The translations under genes and the position numbers were made by a program. Below the pieces are notes generated by a model. It had not been told where the DNA came from. It saw nothing but the letters and a program-made list of their open reading frames with translations, and did no database searches. From Alphaproteobacteria bacterium UBA2966 (lineage in GTDB: Bacteria; Pseudomonadota; Alphaproteobacteria; UBA2966), in assembly GCA_002348365.1 (NCBI GenBank), contig DEBC01000130.1, positions 106,281-162,943 of the forward strand: a stretch of DNA of 56,663 bases. Reading direction: 5' to 3'. Numbering within the stretch: the first letter of the stretch is position 1; each line of letters starts with the position of its first letter. Shown here one piece after another: positions 37,469 through 48,340 of the stretch.

Positions 37469-39403
37469 GTGAATAATTTCGGTAAGAACTTGGCGTTATG
37501 GGTCATCATTGGCCTGCTGGTTATCGCGCTCTTCAATTTATTTCAGGGGCCCTCGAGTCAGGGTCCGGTAACGAATCTGCCGTTCTCCCACTTCCTGGCC
37601 GAAGTGGATGCAGGACAGGTTTCGAGCGTCACGATTCGCGGCAACGCGATCACCGGCAACTATGGCGACGGCCGTACTTTCAGTACGTACGCACCTAACG
37701 ATCCAACTTTGGTGCAACGCTTGGCCCAACGTGAGGTGGAGATCAATGCGGCGCCCGCCGAAGACAATGTGCCGTCCTTGCTCGGTGTCCTGGTCTCCTG
37801 GTTCCCCATGCTGTTGCTCATCGGCGTGTGGATATTCTTCATGCGCCAAATGCAATCGGGCGGAGGCAAGGCGATGGGCTTCGGCAAATCGAAAGCACGC
37901 TTGCTGACCGAGCGTCAGGGTCGTGTCACCTTCGACGATGTCGCCGGAATCGATGAAGCGAAGGAGGAATTGGAGGAGGTCGTCGAGTACCTCAAGGATC
38001 CGCACAAATTCCAACGGCTGGGCGGAAAGATCCCCAAAGGCGCGCTTCTGGTCGGACCGCCGGGAACCGGCAAAACCCTGTTGGCACGAGCCATTGCCGG
38101 AGAGGCCAACGTGCCCTTCTTCACGATCTCCGGCTCGGATTTCGTCGAGATGTTCGTGGGTGTGGGCGCGAGCCGGGTGCGGGACATGTTTGAACAGGGC
38201 AAGAAGAACGCGCCCTGCATCATTTTTATAGACGAGATCGATGCCGTAGGCCGGCACAGGGGCGCAGGTCTCGGTGGTGGCAACGACGAGCGCGAACAGA
38301 CCCTGAATCAGCTGCTTGTCGAGATGGACGGTTTTGAAGCCAACGAAGGCGTCATTCTTGTCGCTGCGACCAACCGGCCGGATGTGCTGGATCCGGCTTT
38401 GCTCAGACCGGGTCGATTCGATCGACAGGTCGTCGTGCCCAATCCGGACATCCTGGGTCGCGAACAGATTCTCAAGGTGCACATGCTTAAGGTGCCCCTC
38501 TCACCAGATGTTGATCCCCGCATCATCGCTCGTGGGACACCGGGCTTCTCGGGTGCTGATCTTGCCAATCTCGTGAACGAGGCCGCCTTGCTGGCCGCGC
38601 GCAAGAACAAGCGCGTGGTGGGAATGGAGGAGTTCGAGTCCGCCAAAGACAAGGTCATGATGGGCACCGAACGGCGTTCCATGGTCATGTCCGACGAAGA
38701 AAAGGAACTGACGGCGTACCACGAGGCTGGTCATACGCTCGTGTCGCTGTTCGTGCCCGGCAATGACCCCGTTCACAAAGTGACGATCATTCCCCGCGGT
38801 CGGGCACTCGGTGTGACCATGAACCTGCCCGAGCGCGATCGATACAGTTTCAAGGTGCGGGAGCTCACCGCCAAACTTGCCATGATGTTCGGCGGTCGGG
38901 TTGCCGAGGAGCTGGTGTACGGTCTCGAGAATGTGACCACCGGCGCGGGCAACGATATACAGCAAGCTACGAACATGGCGCGCAAGATGGTTACCGAATG
39001 GGGCATGAGTAACAAACTGGGTCCGCTTCGGTACGAGGCCAATGATGAGGAGATTTTCCTCGGTCACTCGGTGACGCAGCACAAGAATGTGTCAGAAGCG
39101 ACTGCCCAGATGATCGATGAGGAAATACGTCGATTGATCGAAGAGGCTGAATTGCTGGCGCACAAAGTGCTGGACGAGCACATTGACGAACTCCACAAGT
39201 TGGCCAAGGCGTTGCTGGAATACGAGACCTTGTCCGGTGACGAGGTCCAGGATGTGCTCAAAGGACAACCGATTCACCGCCCAGACGAGTCCTCCGAGCC
39301 ACCCGAGGACAAGGCACCGGCATCCACCGTTCCGTCGTCAGGTAAGTTCAAGGACCGCGGCGGTACCGGCGACATGGAGCCCGAGCCACAGCCGGGTTCC
39401 TAG
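37469..39403 (+). CDS. ftsH: ATP-dependent zinc metalloprotease FtsH
   Basis: Two TM segments, [49 protein letters not shown] start at 37469 after GAGGA. Confidence 0.98.
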   Translation: MNNFGKNLALWVIIGLLVIALFNLFQGPSSQGPVTNLPFSHFLAEVDAGQVSSVTIRGNAITGNYGDGRTFSTYAPNDPTLVQRLAQREVEINAAPAEDNVPSLLGVLVSWFPMLLLIGVWIFFMRQMQSGGGKAMGFGKSKARLLTERQGRVTFDDVAGIDEAKEELEEVVEYLKDPHKFQRLGGKIPKGALLVGPPGTGKTLLARAIAGEANVPFFTISGSDFVEMFVGVGASRVRDMFEQGKKNAPCIIFIDEIDAVGRHRGAGLGGGNDEREQTLNQLLVEMDGFEANEGVILVAATNRPDVLDPALLRPGRFDRQVVVPNPDILGREQILKVHMLKVPLSPDVDPRIIARGTPGFSGADLANLVNEAALLAARKNKRVVGMEEFESAKDKVMMGTERRSMVMSDEEKELTAYHEAGHTLVSLFVPGNDPVHKVTIIPRGRALGVTMNLPERDRYSFKVRELTAKLAMMFGGRVAEELVYGLENVTTGAGNDIQQATNMARKMVTEWGMSNKLGPLRYEANDEEIFLGHSVTQHKNVSEATAQMIDEEIRRLIEEAELLAHKVLDEHIDELHKLAKALLEYETLSGDEVQDVLKGQPIHRPDESSEPPEDKAPASTVPSSGKFKDRGGTGDMEPEPQPGS

Positions 39404-39433
39404 GGCAACACCCGATTGTGGGAACGGTAGTCG

Positions 39434-40561
39434 GTGCCGGCATCCCCACGCCTACCTGAAGATCTGACGCCCCAGGCGCGGCTGTATGTCCGCCCGCATC
39501 CGGTTGTTCCAGACCCTGCGGTAGAACACGGCCTCGATGGCATGGGCTGCCGGTCACTGGCGGGCGGTTCGCATGCCTTTGCAGGCTGCGAAGTCCTGGT
39601 GCGCGATGGTGACCGCATCATGTCATATGACGTCAGCTTCCGAGAACTGGATGCCTGGAAGGATGCTCTCGTACCCCCACAACGTCTAACCGTCGACAGC
39701 CAACTTCAACGCATGTCGAGCGCGCGCCCCCCTCTTGCAGGACTCCATTGGGACCGTCCCATTCTCATGGGAGTCATCAACATGACCCCTGACAGCTTCT
39801 ATTCGGGGAGTCAGGCCCCTTCCGTGTCGGCTGCGCGGGATGCTGCCCTGGCAATGGTTGAGGCCGGTGCGGATATTGTCGATGTGGGTGGGGAGTCAAC
39901 GCGCCCGGGTGGCGCGGAGCCGGTGAGCGTCGAGGAGGAGTTGTCCCGCGTGATTCCCCTGGTTGAAGCACTGGCGCGGCTTCCAGTGCCAGTCTCCCTG
40001 GATACACGTCACGCTGAAGTCATGTTGCAGGGAGTTGGAGCAGGTGCGGCCGTTATCAACGACATCAACGCATTAAATGGCGAGGGTTGTCTGGAAGTTG
40101 CTGCGAAAACTGGTGTACCAGTGATCTTGATGCACTGTCCCGCAGATTTTGCCGCGATGCACAAGCCCACAAGCTACGATCATGTCGCTCTGGAGGTATT
40201 CGACTGGTTGGAGCAACGCCTCGAAGCGTGTGAGGCGGCCGGCATACGGCGGGAAAGCTTGATCGTTGATCCGGGTATCGGATTCGTGAAACAGGCGCCT
40301 CAGAGCGCCGCTGCGCTGGCGAGGGTGTCGCTCTTGCACAGTTTGGGATGTCCGGTGCTGGTTGGTGCCTCCCGCAAGAGCTTCATCGGACGCTTGGCCG
40401 GCGGTGATACGGCTGACGATCGGTTGCCCGGATCGCTGGCTGCGGCACTCTGGGCAGCGGGGCAAGGTGTACAAATCCTTCGTGTTCACGATGTTGCCGA
40501 AACGCGGCAGGCCATCGCGCTGCAGTCCGCGATAGAAAGTGGGTTAACTGAGGTGTACTGA
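39434..40561 (+). CDS. folP: Dihydropteroate synthase (with N-terminal extension)
   Basis: MGVINMTPDSFY, DVGGESTRPG, DPGIGF, GASRKSFIG, LRVHDV. Confidence 0.94.
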   Translation: MPASPRLPEDLTPQARLYVRPHPVVPDPAVEHGLDGMGCRSLAGGSHAFAGCEVLVRDGDRIMSYDVSFRELDAWKDALVPPQRLTVDSQLQRMSSARPPLAGLHWDRPILMGVINMTPDSFYSGSQAPSVSAARDAALAMVEAGADIVDVGGESTRPGGAEPVSVEEELSRVIPLVEALARLPVPVSLDTRHAEVMLQGVGAGAAVINDINALNGEGCLEVAAKTGVPVILMHCPADFAAMHKPTSYDHVALEVFDWLEQRLEACEAAGIRRESLIVDPGIGFVKQAPQSAAALARVSLLHSLGCPVLVGASRKSFIGRLAGGDTADDRLPGSLAAALWAAGQGVQILRVHDVAETRQAIALQSAIESGLTEVY

Positions 40562-40687
40562 GCATTTCTCTGTACAATGGCACGTCAGGCGGACTAGAAA
40601 GCTAGCCGATCGCTATGCGCTGAGCCTAGGTCCAAGGAGGATCGCAGCGTATCCGGGGAACACCCAAGATCGAACGAGAGTCAGCGC

Positions 40688-42034
40688 ATGCCGCCGAAGT
40701 ATTTTGGAACTGATGGAATTCGCGGCGCCGCCAACGAATGGCCGATGACGGCCGACGTCGCACTGGCCGTGGGGATGGCTGCGGGCAGTCAGTTCATACG
40801 CGGTGACCATCGACATCGCGTGGTGATCGGCAAGGATACGAGATTATCGGGCTATATGATCGAGCCCGCTCTCACGGCGGGTTTCGTCGCTGTGGGGATG
40901 GATGTCACTCTGGTCGGGCCGATGCCCACGCCGGCCGTCGCCATGCTGACGCGTTCGCTGAGGGCGGACCTCGGGGTCGTGATATCCGCTTCGCACAATC
41001 AATATCAGGACAACGGTATCAAGCTGTTCGGTCCAGACGGCTACAAACTGTCTGATGATGTCGAGAGCGAGATTGAGGCTCGTTTGGCGGCCGGTGGGGA
41101 AATCGATCTCGCGCGGTCGGCCAACCTGGGGCGTGCCAATCGTTTGGACGATGTTGAAGGCAGGTACATCGAATTCGCCAAGAACACGTTCCCCAAGGAT
41201 CGCACCTTGGATGGCGTAAAAGTGGTTGTCGATTGCGCCAATGGTGCTGCCTACAGCGTCGCGCCGACGGTGTTGTGGGAACTCGGCGCAACGGTTATTC
41301 CCGTGGGTGTCACGCCCGATGGGACAAACATCAACGACGGTTGCGGTTCGACATTGCCCGCTGCCATGTGCAGCCAGGTCGTCGCGCATGGTGCTGATCT
41401 CGGTCTGGCACTGGACGGTGACGCAGACCGCGTCGTCCTTGCCGACGAGAGTGGAGATCTCCTCGACGGAGACCAGTTGATGGCGTTGGTCGCGACTCAC
41501 TGGCAACAGGCCGAGCAACTGGCAAGCGACACGATTGTGGCCACTGTTATGTCGAACCTGGGGTTGGAAAAGTATTTGGCGGGGCAGGGGCTCAAACTCG
41601 AACGCACCTCGGTCGGCGATCGCTATGTCGTTGAGTATATGCGAGAGCACCGTCACAACGTGGGTGGGGAGCAATCGGGTCACATCATTCTGAGTGACTT
41701 CAATACCACTGGAGACGGATTGATCGCCGCGCTGCAGGCACTCGCAGTCTTTGTCGAGACCGGGAAACCGGTAAGTGAAACGGGACGACTGTTTACGCCG
41801 TTTCCCCAAGTGCTCCGTAACGTGACCGTGAATGGCGGCCAGCCGCTCGAAGATGCCATGGTCCGGCAGGCCGTCGACGAGGGTCGGGCGCGATTGGGAT
41901 CGGCTGGGCGCGTTGTCGTTCGCGCGTCGGGGACGGAACCGCTCATCCGTGTCATGGCCGAAGGCGAAGATGACAAATTGGTCGACGAAATCGTAGAGGA
42001 CATTGTTTCGGCTGTGGCTCAGGCGTCGAATTGA
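40688..42034 (+). CDS. glmM: Phosphoglucosamine mutase
   Basis: [49 protein letters not shown]. Confidence 0.96.
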   Translation: MPPKYFGTDGIRGAANEWPMTADVALAVGMAAGSQFIRGDHRHRVVIGKDTRLSGYMIEPALTAGFVAVGMDVTLVGPMPTPAVAMLTRSLRADLGVVISASHNQYQDNGIKLFGPDGYKLSDDVESEIEARLAAGGEIDLARSANLGRANRLDDVEGRYIEFAKNTFPKDRTLDGVKVVVDCANGAAYSVAPTVLWELGATVIPVGVTPDGTNINDGCGSTLPAAMCSQVVAHGADLGLALDGDADRVVLADESGDLLDGDQLMALVATHWQQAEQLASDTIVATVMSNLGLEKYLAGQGLKLERTSVGDRYVVEYMREHRHNVGGEQSGHIILSDFNTTGDGLIAALQALAVFVETGKPVSETGRLFTPFPQVLRNVTVNGGQPLEDAMVRQAVDEGRARLGSAGRVVVRASGTEPLIRVMAEGEDDKLVDEIVEDIVSAVAQASN

Positions 42035-42050
42035 GTGGTGTGGAGGTATT

Positions 42051-42893
42051 ATGGAAGGTCGCGTTCTTATTGTTGCCGGTTCGGATTCAGGTGGAGGTGC
42101 CGGCCTGCAGGCGGATGTCAAAACGGTCACCGCTTTGGGAGGATACGCTGCCACGGCGGTTACTGCGCTGACGTCGCAGAATACGGTTGGCGTCCAGGCG
42201 ATCCACGACGTCCCGGCGGCATTCGTCACCAGCCAGATGGAAAGTATTGCCGACGACATAGGGGCGGACTGCATCAAAACGGGAATGCTGCATACGCGTG
42301 AAATCATCGACGCCGTCGTGGATTTTTATGAGAGCAGGGCCTCGCACATACCATTGGTCGTCGATCCTGTAATGTTTGCCAAGGACGGGACCGAGCTTCT
42401 TCAGCAGGATACCAGCCAGACCTTGAAGGCCCGCCTGATACTCAGAGCGGCCTTGCTGACTCCCAATGTTCCGGAAGCCATTGCCCTGACAGGCCTGCCG
42501 ATCACCTCATTCGATGAAATGGAGCATGTAGCGACGATGCTGCTGACACTTGGTCCCAAGGCCGTGCTGCTTAAAGGCGGCCATCTCGAAGGCAACGTGG
42601 TGCGCGATATCCTGGTTACCGAGCAGGATATCGAGTTCTTTGATTCACCCAGGATTGAAACTCGTCACACGCACGGCACGGGTTGCACCCTGGCGTCGGC
42701 GGTCGCGGTGGGTATCGCACAGGGATTAACCGTGCGGGATGCCACGGTGCGCGCGCGGGAGTATTTGCGCAAGGCGATTGAAACCGCACCTGGGTTCGGA
42801 GCCGGTCACGGCCCGTTGAATCATGCGCACACAGTCGTGCTGGATCCTGAATCGGAAACCCAGCGGCCCCGGCGGGCAGCGCGACGCGAGTAG
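42051..42893 (+). CDS. thiD: Hydroxymethylpyrimidine/phosphomethylpyrimidine kinase
   Basis: AGSDSGGGAGLQAD, KTGML, DPVM, TPNVPEA, KGGH, THGTGCTL, GHGPLNH. Confidence 0.96.
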   Translation: MEGRVLIVAGSDSGGGAGLQADVKTVTALGGYAATAVTALTSQNTVGVQAIHDVPAAFVTSQMESIADDIGADCIKTGMLHTREIIDAVVDFYESRASHIPLVVDPVMFAKDGTELLQQDTSQTLKARLILRAALLTPNVPEAIALTGLPITSFDEMEHVATMLLTLGPKAVLLKGGHLEGNVVRDILVTEQDIEFFDSPRIETRHTHGTGCTLASAVAVGIAQGLTVRDATVRAREYLRKAIETAPGFGAGHGPLNHAHTVVLDPESETQRPRRAARRE

Positions 42894-42921
42894 TCGGGCT
42901 AACTCACGTGGACGGATGTGA

Positions 42922-43470
42922 TTGATGCCCTTGAGCTCGGCAGGAGGAACAGCGACGGCCCCCCGCATTTCCATTCGAAGTGCCCAGAGCCAGGACGACA
43001 TCGCCCTGACCAGGGCGCTGTTCATCGAATACGCGGAATCGTTGGATTTCAGCTTGTGCTTTCAGGGTTTCGATACCGAGATGGCAGAATTTCCAGAATC
43101 CTATTTGCCTCCGGACGGATGTCTGCTCATTGCCTCCCTGGATAGAGAAGCAGCGGGCGCGGTGGGTCTGAGGACGTTGCACGATGGGGGCAGTGACCGG
43201 GCCTGCGAGATGAAGAGACTGTACGTCAAACCCGCCTGTCGGGGTTATGGAGTTGGTGAGTTATTTGTCCACAGAGTGATTGGAGAGGCAGGCGCGCGCG
43301 GCTATGGCTGTATACGTCTTGATACCTTGCCGAGCATGACGTCGGCGCGCCAGATTTACGGGGCATTCGGATTTGTGCCGATCGGCAACTACAACAATAG
43401 CCCGATGGACGGTATCGAACACTTCGAGCTCGACCTGTCTCAGGCGCAGGCCCGCTATTCAATGGACTAG
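42922..43470 (+). CDS. GNAT family N-acetyltransferase
   Basis: LFIEYAESLDFSLCFQGF, CEMKRLYV..RGYGVG, IRLDTLPSM..IY..GF. Confidence 0.9.
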   Translation: MMPLSSAGGTATAPRISIRSAQSQDDIALTRALFIEYAESLDFSLCFQGFDTEMAEFPESYLPPDGCLLIASLDREAAGAVGLRTLHDGGSDRACEMKRLYVKPACRGYGVGELFVHRVIGEAGARGYGCIRLDTLPSMTSARQIYGAFGFVPIGNYNNSPMDGIEHFELDLSQAQARYSMD

Positions 43471-43503
43471 GACCCGCAGGTCCATAATCGAAAGAGGCAA
43501 GGG

Positions 43504-44562
43504 ATGGCACATCGGATCGCGGTGATCGCTGGAGATGGCATCGGCCAAGAGGTCATGCCCGAAGGAATCAGGGCGATGGAGGCTGCAGGCAGGCAATTCG
43601 GGATCGATTTCGTGTGGAACGAACTCGACTGGAGTTGCGAGAAGTACACCAAGACCGGAGCCATGATGCCTGACGACTGGCAGGAAATACTGTCGGGTTT
43701 CGATGCCATTTACCTCGGCGCTGTGGGGTATCCCGGCGTTCCGGATCACGTTTCGCTTTGGGGTCTGCTCATACCGATTCGGCGCGCCTTTCAGCAGTAC
43801 GCCAATGTGCGGCCCGTACGTTTGTTCGAAGGCATCACGCCTCCGGTGCGAGATCGTTCCCCCGGCGACATCGATTTCGTCGTCGTCCGTGAAAATGTCG
43901 AAGGCGAATACTCTGAGATCGGAGGCCGCCTGTATCCAGGAACCGATCAAGAACTGGTCGTCCAGGAAACGGTATTCACCCGGGCAGGTGTCGATCGGAT
44001 CATGCGTTATGCGTTCGAATTGGCACGTACGCGCTCCCGTAAACACGTCACATCGGCGACGAAGTCAAATGGCATCATCCACACGATGCCCTACTGGGAC
44101 GAACGGTTTGAAGCCATAAAGACCGAGTATTCGGACGTCACAACCGATCAGTTCCACATAGACATCCTGACCGCGCATTTCGTTCAACATCCGGATTGGT
44201 TCGACGTCGTCGTGGGCAGCAATCTCTTCGGTGACATTCTGTCCGATCTGGGGCCGGCAGTTGTTGGCGGGATCGGTATTGCCCCCAGCGCCAATCTCAA
44301 CCCCGATGGAGACATGCCTTCGATGTTCGAGCCGGTACACGGTTCCGCGCCAGACATTGCTGGACAGAACGTCGCGAACCCCATCGGTCAGATCTGGTCA
44401 GGCGCGATGATGCTGCAGCACCTCGGCCACCCGACGGCCGCGGCCGCGGTTGAAACGGCGATCGAGACCGTTTTGGCCGAAGGCAAAGCGGTAACACGCG
44501 ATCTCGGCGGATCGGCGACCACGGAGGAAGCCGGCAAAGCGATTGCCGAATCCATTGAGTGA
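43504..44562 (+). CDS. ttuC: Tartrate dehydrogenase/D-malate dehydrogenase (decarboxylating)
   Basis: GDGIGQEVMPEG, VPDHVSLWGLL, QYANVRP, VRENVEGEYS, SATKSNGI, SNLFGDILSDL, FEPVHGSAPDI. Confidence 0.88.
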   Translation: MAHRIAVIAGDGIGQEVMPEGIRAMEAAGRQFGIDFVWNELDWSCEKYTKTGAMMPDDWQEILSGFDAIYLGAVGYPGVPDHVSLWGLLIPIRRAFQQYANVRPVRLFEGITPPVRDRSPGDIDFVVVRENVEGEYSEIGGRLYPGTDQELVVQETVFTRAGVDRIMRYAFELARTRSRKHVTSATKSNGIIHTMPYWDERFEAIKTEYSDVTTDQFHIDILTAHFVQHPDWFDVVVGSNLFGDILSDLGPAVVGGIGIAPSANLNPDGDMPSMFEPVHGSAPDIAGQNVANPIGQIWSGAMMLQHLGHPTAAAAVETAIETVLAEGKAVTRDLGGSATTEEAGKAIAESIE

Positions 44563-44603
44563 GTTTTGATGGAACTATGCCGTATCCGAGGGACCGGCTG
44601 GCT

Positions 44604-45835
44604 TCATCCGATCTGGGCAACAGCCTTGGTAAATCGCTCTACTTCCTCCTCCGAGTTGTAGTAATACACGCTCGTGCGGACTACAGCGGTGATCGCCCTT
44701 TCCTGCATGTCCAGCAGTGTTGAACTTGTGGAGGAAGTGGAAACGTTGATGGAGCCACCCTGCGGTTGCAGCTTGATCTCATCTGCGTCGATATCGGTTT
44801 TCGTGAACGAGACGATACCGCATTTTCAACCCCGAGGTCGTGAACCTGTACGCCGGCGACGTCCGACAGTCTGGCGCGCAAGTCTTCAGCCAGCATCTGA
44901 ACGCGCGTAAATCGCTTCGAGACCCCACTCTAGGGCATATTCGATCGCGGCACAGAGGCCAGCTTTTCCCACCACGAAACTTTCCCAGTTCTCGAACTGT
45001 CGTGCGTCGGGACGTATCTCGTAGGAGTCCGGCCCTGTCCACTCCGCGGCGTGGAGATCGATGAACGGCGGTTCAAGGCGGCCGATCAGCAGGGGATGGA
45101 CATACAGAAATCCAGTGCCCCGAGGGCCGCGCAGATACTTCTGCCCCGTCCCCGTCAGGATGTCGCAGCCAATTTGGTCGACGTCTAAGGGCATCTGACC
45201 GACCGATTGGCAGGCATCCAGAAGAAACGGGATACGCGCCTCGCGCGCAATCTTTCCAATTTCTAAGCAGGATTCACCAAGCCGCCATTCGTCGGCACGT
45301 GGGTGATGGCAATCAGCTTGACCTTCTCGTCGATCATCTCTGCCATTCGGGGCACTGATATCTGGCCGCTTTCGTCATAGGGTACGACATCGATGACGGC
45401 GCCGGTTCGCTGAGCGATCTGCAGGTAGGCCAGATAGTTTGACGCGTACTCTGCCTTGGCCGTGAGTATCCGATCGCTGGCCTGAAAGTCGAACCCGTAG
45501 AAGGCCATATCCCAGGCCCGCGTTGCATTCTCAACGATCGCGACATCCTGCGGCTGGCAATTTATAAGTTGGGCGATAGCCTCATAAACACGGTTTATGG
45601 CGTCCTCCGCGCGTTCTGCAGCTTCATACCCTCCGATGGTCTCTTCAAGTTCGAGATGCCGTATCACCGCTTCGACCACACGCTCGGGCATCAGGGCGGC
45701 GCCTGCATTGTTGAAGTGAAGCACGTTGGCGCACCCAGGCGTCTCACGACGCGCGCGGACGACGTCAATTTCTCCGTTCGTCTCTTGGGCGAATACCTTT
45801 GCGGGATCGGCACCATGATCCCCGGTTATCGTCAT
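44604..45835 (-). pseudogene. Class V PLP-dependent aminotransferase/C-S lyase-like gene with three frameshifts
   Basis: Homologous segments continue in shifting frames: HFNNAGAAL..THVPTNGGLVNPA | EIGKIAREARIPFLLDACQSVGQ..TGQKYLRGPRG..AIYAR | VQMLAEDLRARL..DLGVE | CGIVSF..VRTSVYYYNSEEEV..IG*. Breaks are near 45264, 44903 and 44825. Confidence 0.85.
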
Positions 45836-46965
45836 AGTGCGGCCTCCAATACATCGAATAGCCGGTCCACATCTTGAGTGTCGTTATAGAGATGCGGAGT
45901 GACGCGCATGGATGTACCTCGCACACTGACATAAACACCGGCCTCCGACAGTCGTTCCACCAGGTTTCCGGGCATCCCTTCCGGGAATCGAATGCCCAGA
46001 AAGTGACTCGCACGCAGGTGTTCGGGTTGGCTGGTGAGTCCCAGTGATTGTGCACGAGAGGCGATCTCATTGGTCATGGCGCCCAATGTCGACGCGATCT
46101 CGTCGACACCCCAACCCGCAATGAGCTCGAGAGAAGCCCGGGCGGCGGGTATTAGGGCGAAATTCGATCTCTCGCCGACATCGTATCGTCGGGCGCCAGG
46201 CTGGAATGTGTCGCGATAATTGACCAGGTCCGCAAAGCCTTGTGAGCCCTCCCTCCCGATCCATGTCTGCTCCAGCGGCCGCCCGTCGTGGTGCTTGGGT
46301 GCAACGTATACGAAGCCCAGGCTGTAGGGACCTAGCAACCATTTGTAACTGGCGGAAATCAAGAAATCGGGTTGCACCATGGTGATATCGAGCTCAAGCG
46401 CACCGAGTGATTGTGTGGCGTCGATGACGAGCGCAGCACGATGCTCTCGGCAGGCACTTGCGATCCGTTCCAGATCGATGAGACCTCCGTCGGTCCAATG
46501 GCAATGCGGGATGGCGACGACTGCAGTGGTGGAATCCAGGGTGTTGATAATGGCGGTCGTCCAGTCCCCATCGGATGGTCGGGGTACAGTAATGAGCGAC
46601 CCTTCATTATCCGCACTGAGTTGGCGCCACGGATACAGGTTCGAGGGAAACTGCTCTTCAAGCACCAGAATGGATTGGCCAGGTTCGAAGGCGACGTTCG
46701 CCGCGGCGATACCAACGCCGTAACTCGCGGACGGAATAATGGCGACTTCGTCTGGTGTTGCGCCGATCAGATTGGCGAACAGACCACGCACGATCTCCGA
46801 CTCCGAAAAGAAATCCTCAGCTGCAATCGTCCAGGGCATGGACTTGCGAGCCAATCCGGCCTGCCCGGCGTCCCGCGTGGCATTGGGAATCGGCGAGATA
46901 TAGGCGCAATTCAGATAGGCCACATCGCGGGGAATGTCGAACAGGTGCCGTTGGCAGGGGATCAT
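45832..46965 (-). CDS. Class V PLP-dependent aminotransferase (C-S lyase/EgtE/kynureninase-like)
   Basis: YLNCAYISP, QFPSN, DATQSLGA, PLP-Lys SASYKWLLGP, RVTPHLYN. Start is 46965 or further upstream at 47007. Confidence 0.88.
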   Translation of the reverse strand: MIPCQRHLFDIPRDVAYLNCAYISPIPNATRDAGQAGLARKSMPWTIAAEDFFSESEIVRGLFANLIGATPDEVAIIPSASYGVGIAAANVAFEPGQSILVLEEQFPSNLYPWRQLSADNEGSLITVPRPSDGDWTTAIINTLDSTTAVVAIPHCHWTDGGLIDLERIASACREHRAALVIDATQSLGALELDITMVQPDFLISASYKWLLGPYSLGFVYVAPKHHDGRPLEQTWIGREGSQGFADLVNYRDTFQPGARRYDVGERSNFALIPAARASLELIAGWGVDEIASTLGAMTNEIASRAQSLGLTSQPEHLRASHFLGIRFPEGMPGNLVERLSEAGVYVSVRGTSMRVTPHLYNDTQDVDRLFDVLEAAL

Positions 46966-47069
46966 CTTCGCACTTCGGCTGCTGGCCATGAAAGCGGGCG
47001 ACACCAAGCCATGTCAGCATGATGGATGTCAATAATGTCTCTCGGTGTTGGATTTGTAGGGCCCACGCA

Positions 47070-47152
47070 TTGACTTTCGGGTGGCGGACGACTATCTCCG
47101 CGGCGGGCCACAACCTCCCAACGGGTTGCAGCTCTTCTGGAAGGAAGAGGTT
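47070..47152 (+). promoter_or_regulatory. serC promoter and structured 5' leader
   Basis: TTGACT-N17-TATCTC, followed by hairpin 47105-47134 and an RBS-masking hairpin 47132-47149. Confidence 0.45.
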
Positions 47153-48316
47153 ATGAAACCAAATACGCGTCCGCGTCGGCCCCAGTTTTCATCGGGGCCA
47201 TGCGTAAAGCGGCCGGGTTGGACGCCGGCTGTTCTCAACGAAGCCGTTCTGGGGCGGTCACACCGCTCTTCCGAAGGCAAGGCCAGACTCCAACAGGTCA
47301 TCGACAAGACCCGGCAGGTCCTGCGCGTGCCCGACAGTCATCGTATCGGCATTGTTCCAGCGTCGAACACAGGGGCGGTCGAGATGGCCTTGTGGTCAAC
47401 GTTAGGTTGCCGAGGCGTTGACGTCCTGGCTTGGGAGAACTTCGGACAGGAATGGGTCAAGGACATTTTCGGGCAGCTCCCCCTTGATGACGTCCGGGTT
47501 ATCGAGGCGGATTACGGTGAACTGCCCAATCTTGGATCCGTGGACAGCGATCGAGATGTCGTATTCGTCTGGAACGGAACCACGTCCGGAGTCGTTGTCC
47601 CACATGGTGATTGGATCTCTGACACTCGAACAGGGATCACGATCTGTGACGCCACTTCAGCTGCTTTTGCCATGCCGTTGCCATGGGACAAGCTCGATGT
47701 GGTCACCTTTTCCTGGCAAAAAGTACTGGGTGGCGAGGCGGCGCACGGGATGCTCGTTCTTGGCCCGCGTGCGGTGGAAAGGGTCGAGTCTTACTCACCG
47801 CCCTGGCCGCTCCCCAAGATATTTCGCATTTCGAAGAACGGAGCCATCAACGAGGGAATTTTTTGTGGCGAGACCATCAATACACCGTCGATGCTCTGCG
47901 TTGAGGATATCCTGGACGCCTTGGATTGGGCGGAGTCAGCAGGCGGCCTCGATGGATTGATCGCACGCACGCAGGAAAACTGTTCGGTCATCGCCGGCTG
48001 GGTTGAAGCGACGGAATGGGTTGAATATCTGGCGTCGGCGCCAGAGTCCCGCTCCACGACGTCGGTGTGCCTGAGTTTCGCCGAGCCTTGGTTTGCAGAT
48101 CTTCCATCAGAGGACATGGCCAGCGTTCCCAAAAAGATGGCGGCATTGCTGGCGGATGAGACCGTGGCCTTCGACATCGCCAATTACCGCGATGCACCGC
48201 CCGGTTTGAGAATCTGGGCGGGCGCCACCGTGGAACGGGAAGATCTCGTGGCGTTGATGCCCTGGCTTGATTGGGCGTACGCCCGAACGAAGTCGGCGAT
48301 GTCGACGGGTGCCTGA
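47153..48316 (+). CDS. serC: Phosphoserine aminotransferase (alphaproteobacterial type)
   Basis: FSSGPCVKRPGW, LGRSHRS, WNGTTSGV, DATSAAFA, FSWQKVLGGEAAHG, TINTPSM, YRDAPPGLRIW. Confidence 0.95.
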   Translation: MKPNTRPRRPQFSSGPCVKRPGWTPAVLNEAVLGRSHRSSEGKARLQQVIDKTRQVLRVPDSHRIGIVPASNTGAVEMALWSTLGCRGVDVLAWENFGQEWVKDIFGQLPLDDVRVIEADYGELPNLGSVDSDRDVVFVWNGTTSGVVVPHGDWISDTRTGITICDATSAAFAMPLPWDKLDVVTFSWQKVLGGEAAHGMLVLGPRAVERVESYSPPWPLPKIFRISKNGAINEGIFCGETINTPSMLCVEDILDALDWAESAGGLDGLIARTQENCSVIAGWVEATEWVEYLASAPESRSTTSVCLSFAEPWFADLPSEDMASVPKKMAALLADETVAFDIANYRDAPPGLRIWAGATVEREDLVALMPWLDWAYARTKSAMSTGA

Positions 48317-48340
48317 AACTCTGGATATGGATACCGAGCA

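Noticed and set aside
40844-42307. 487-aa ORF on the minus strand
   Set aside because: Antisense shadow of glmM/thiD. It has no recognisable motifs, and such ORFs are expected from GC-rich codon bias.
45263-45265. TAG as a pyrrolysine or readthrough codon in the aminotransferase
   Set aside because: Homology continues in a different frame, so this is a frameshift and not an in-frame stop.
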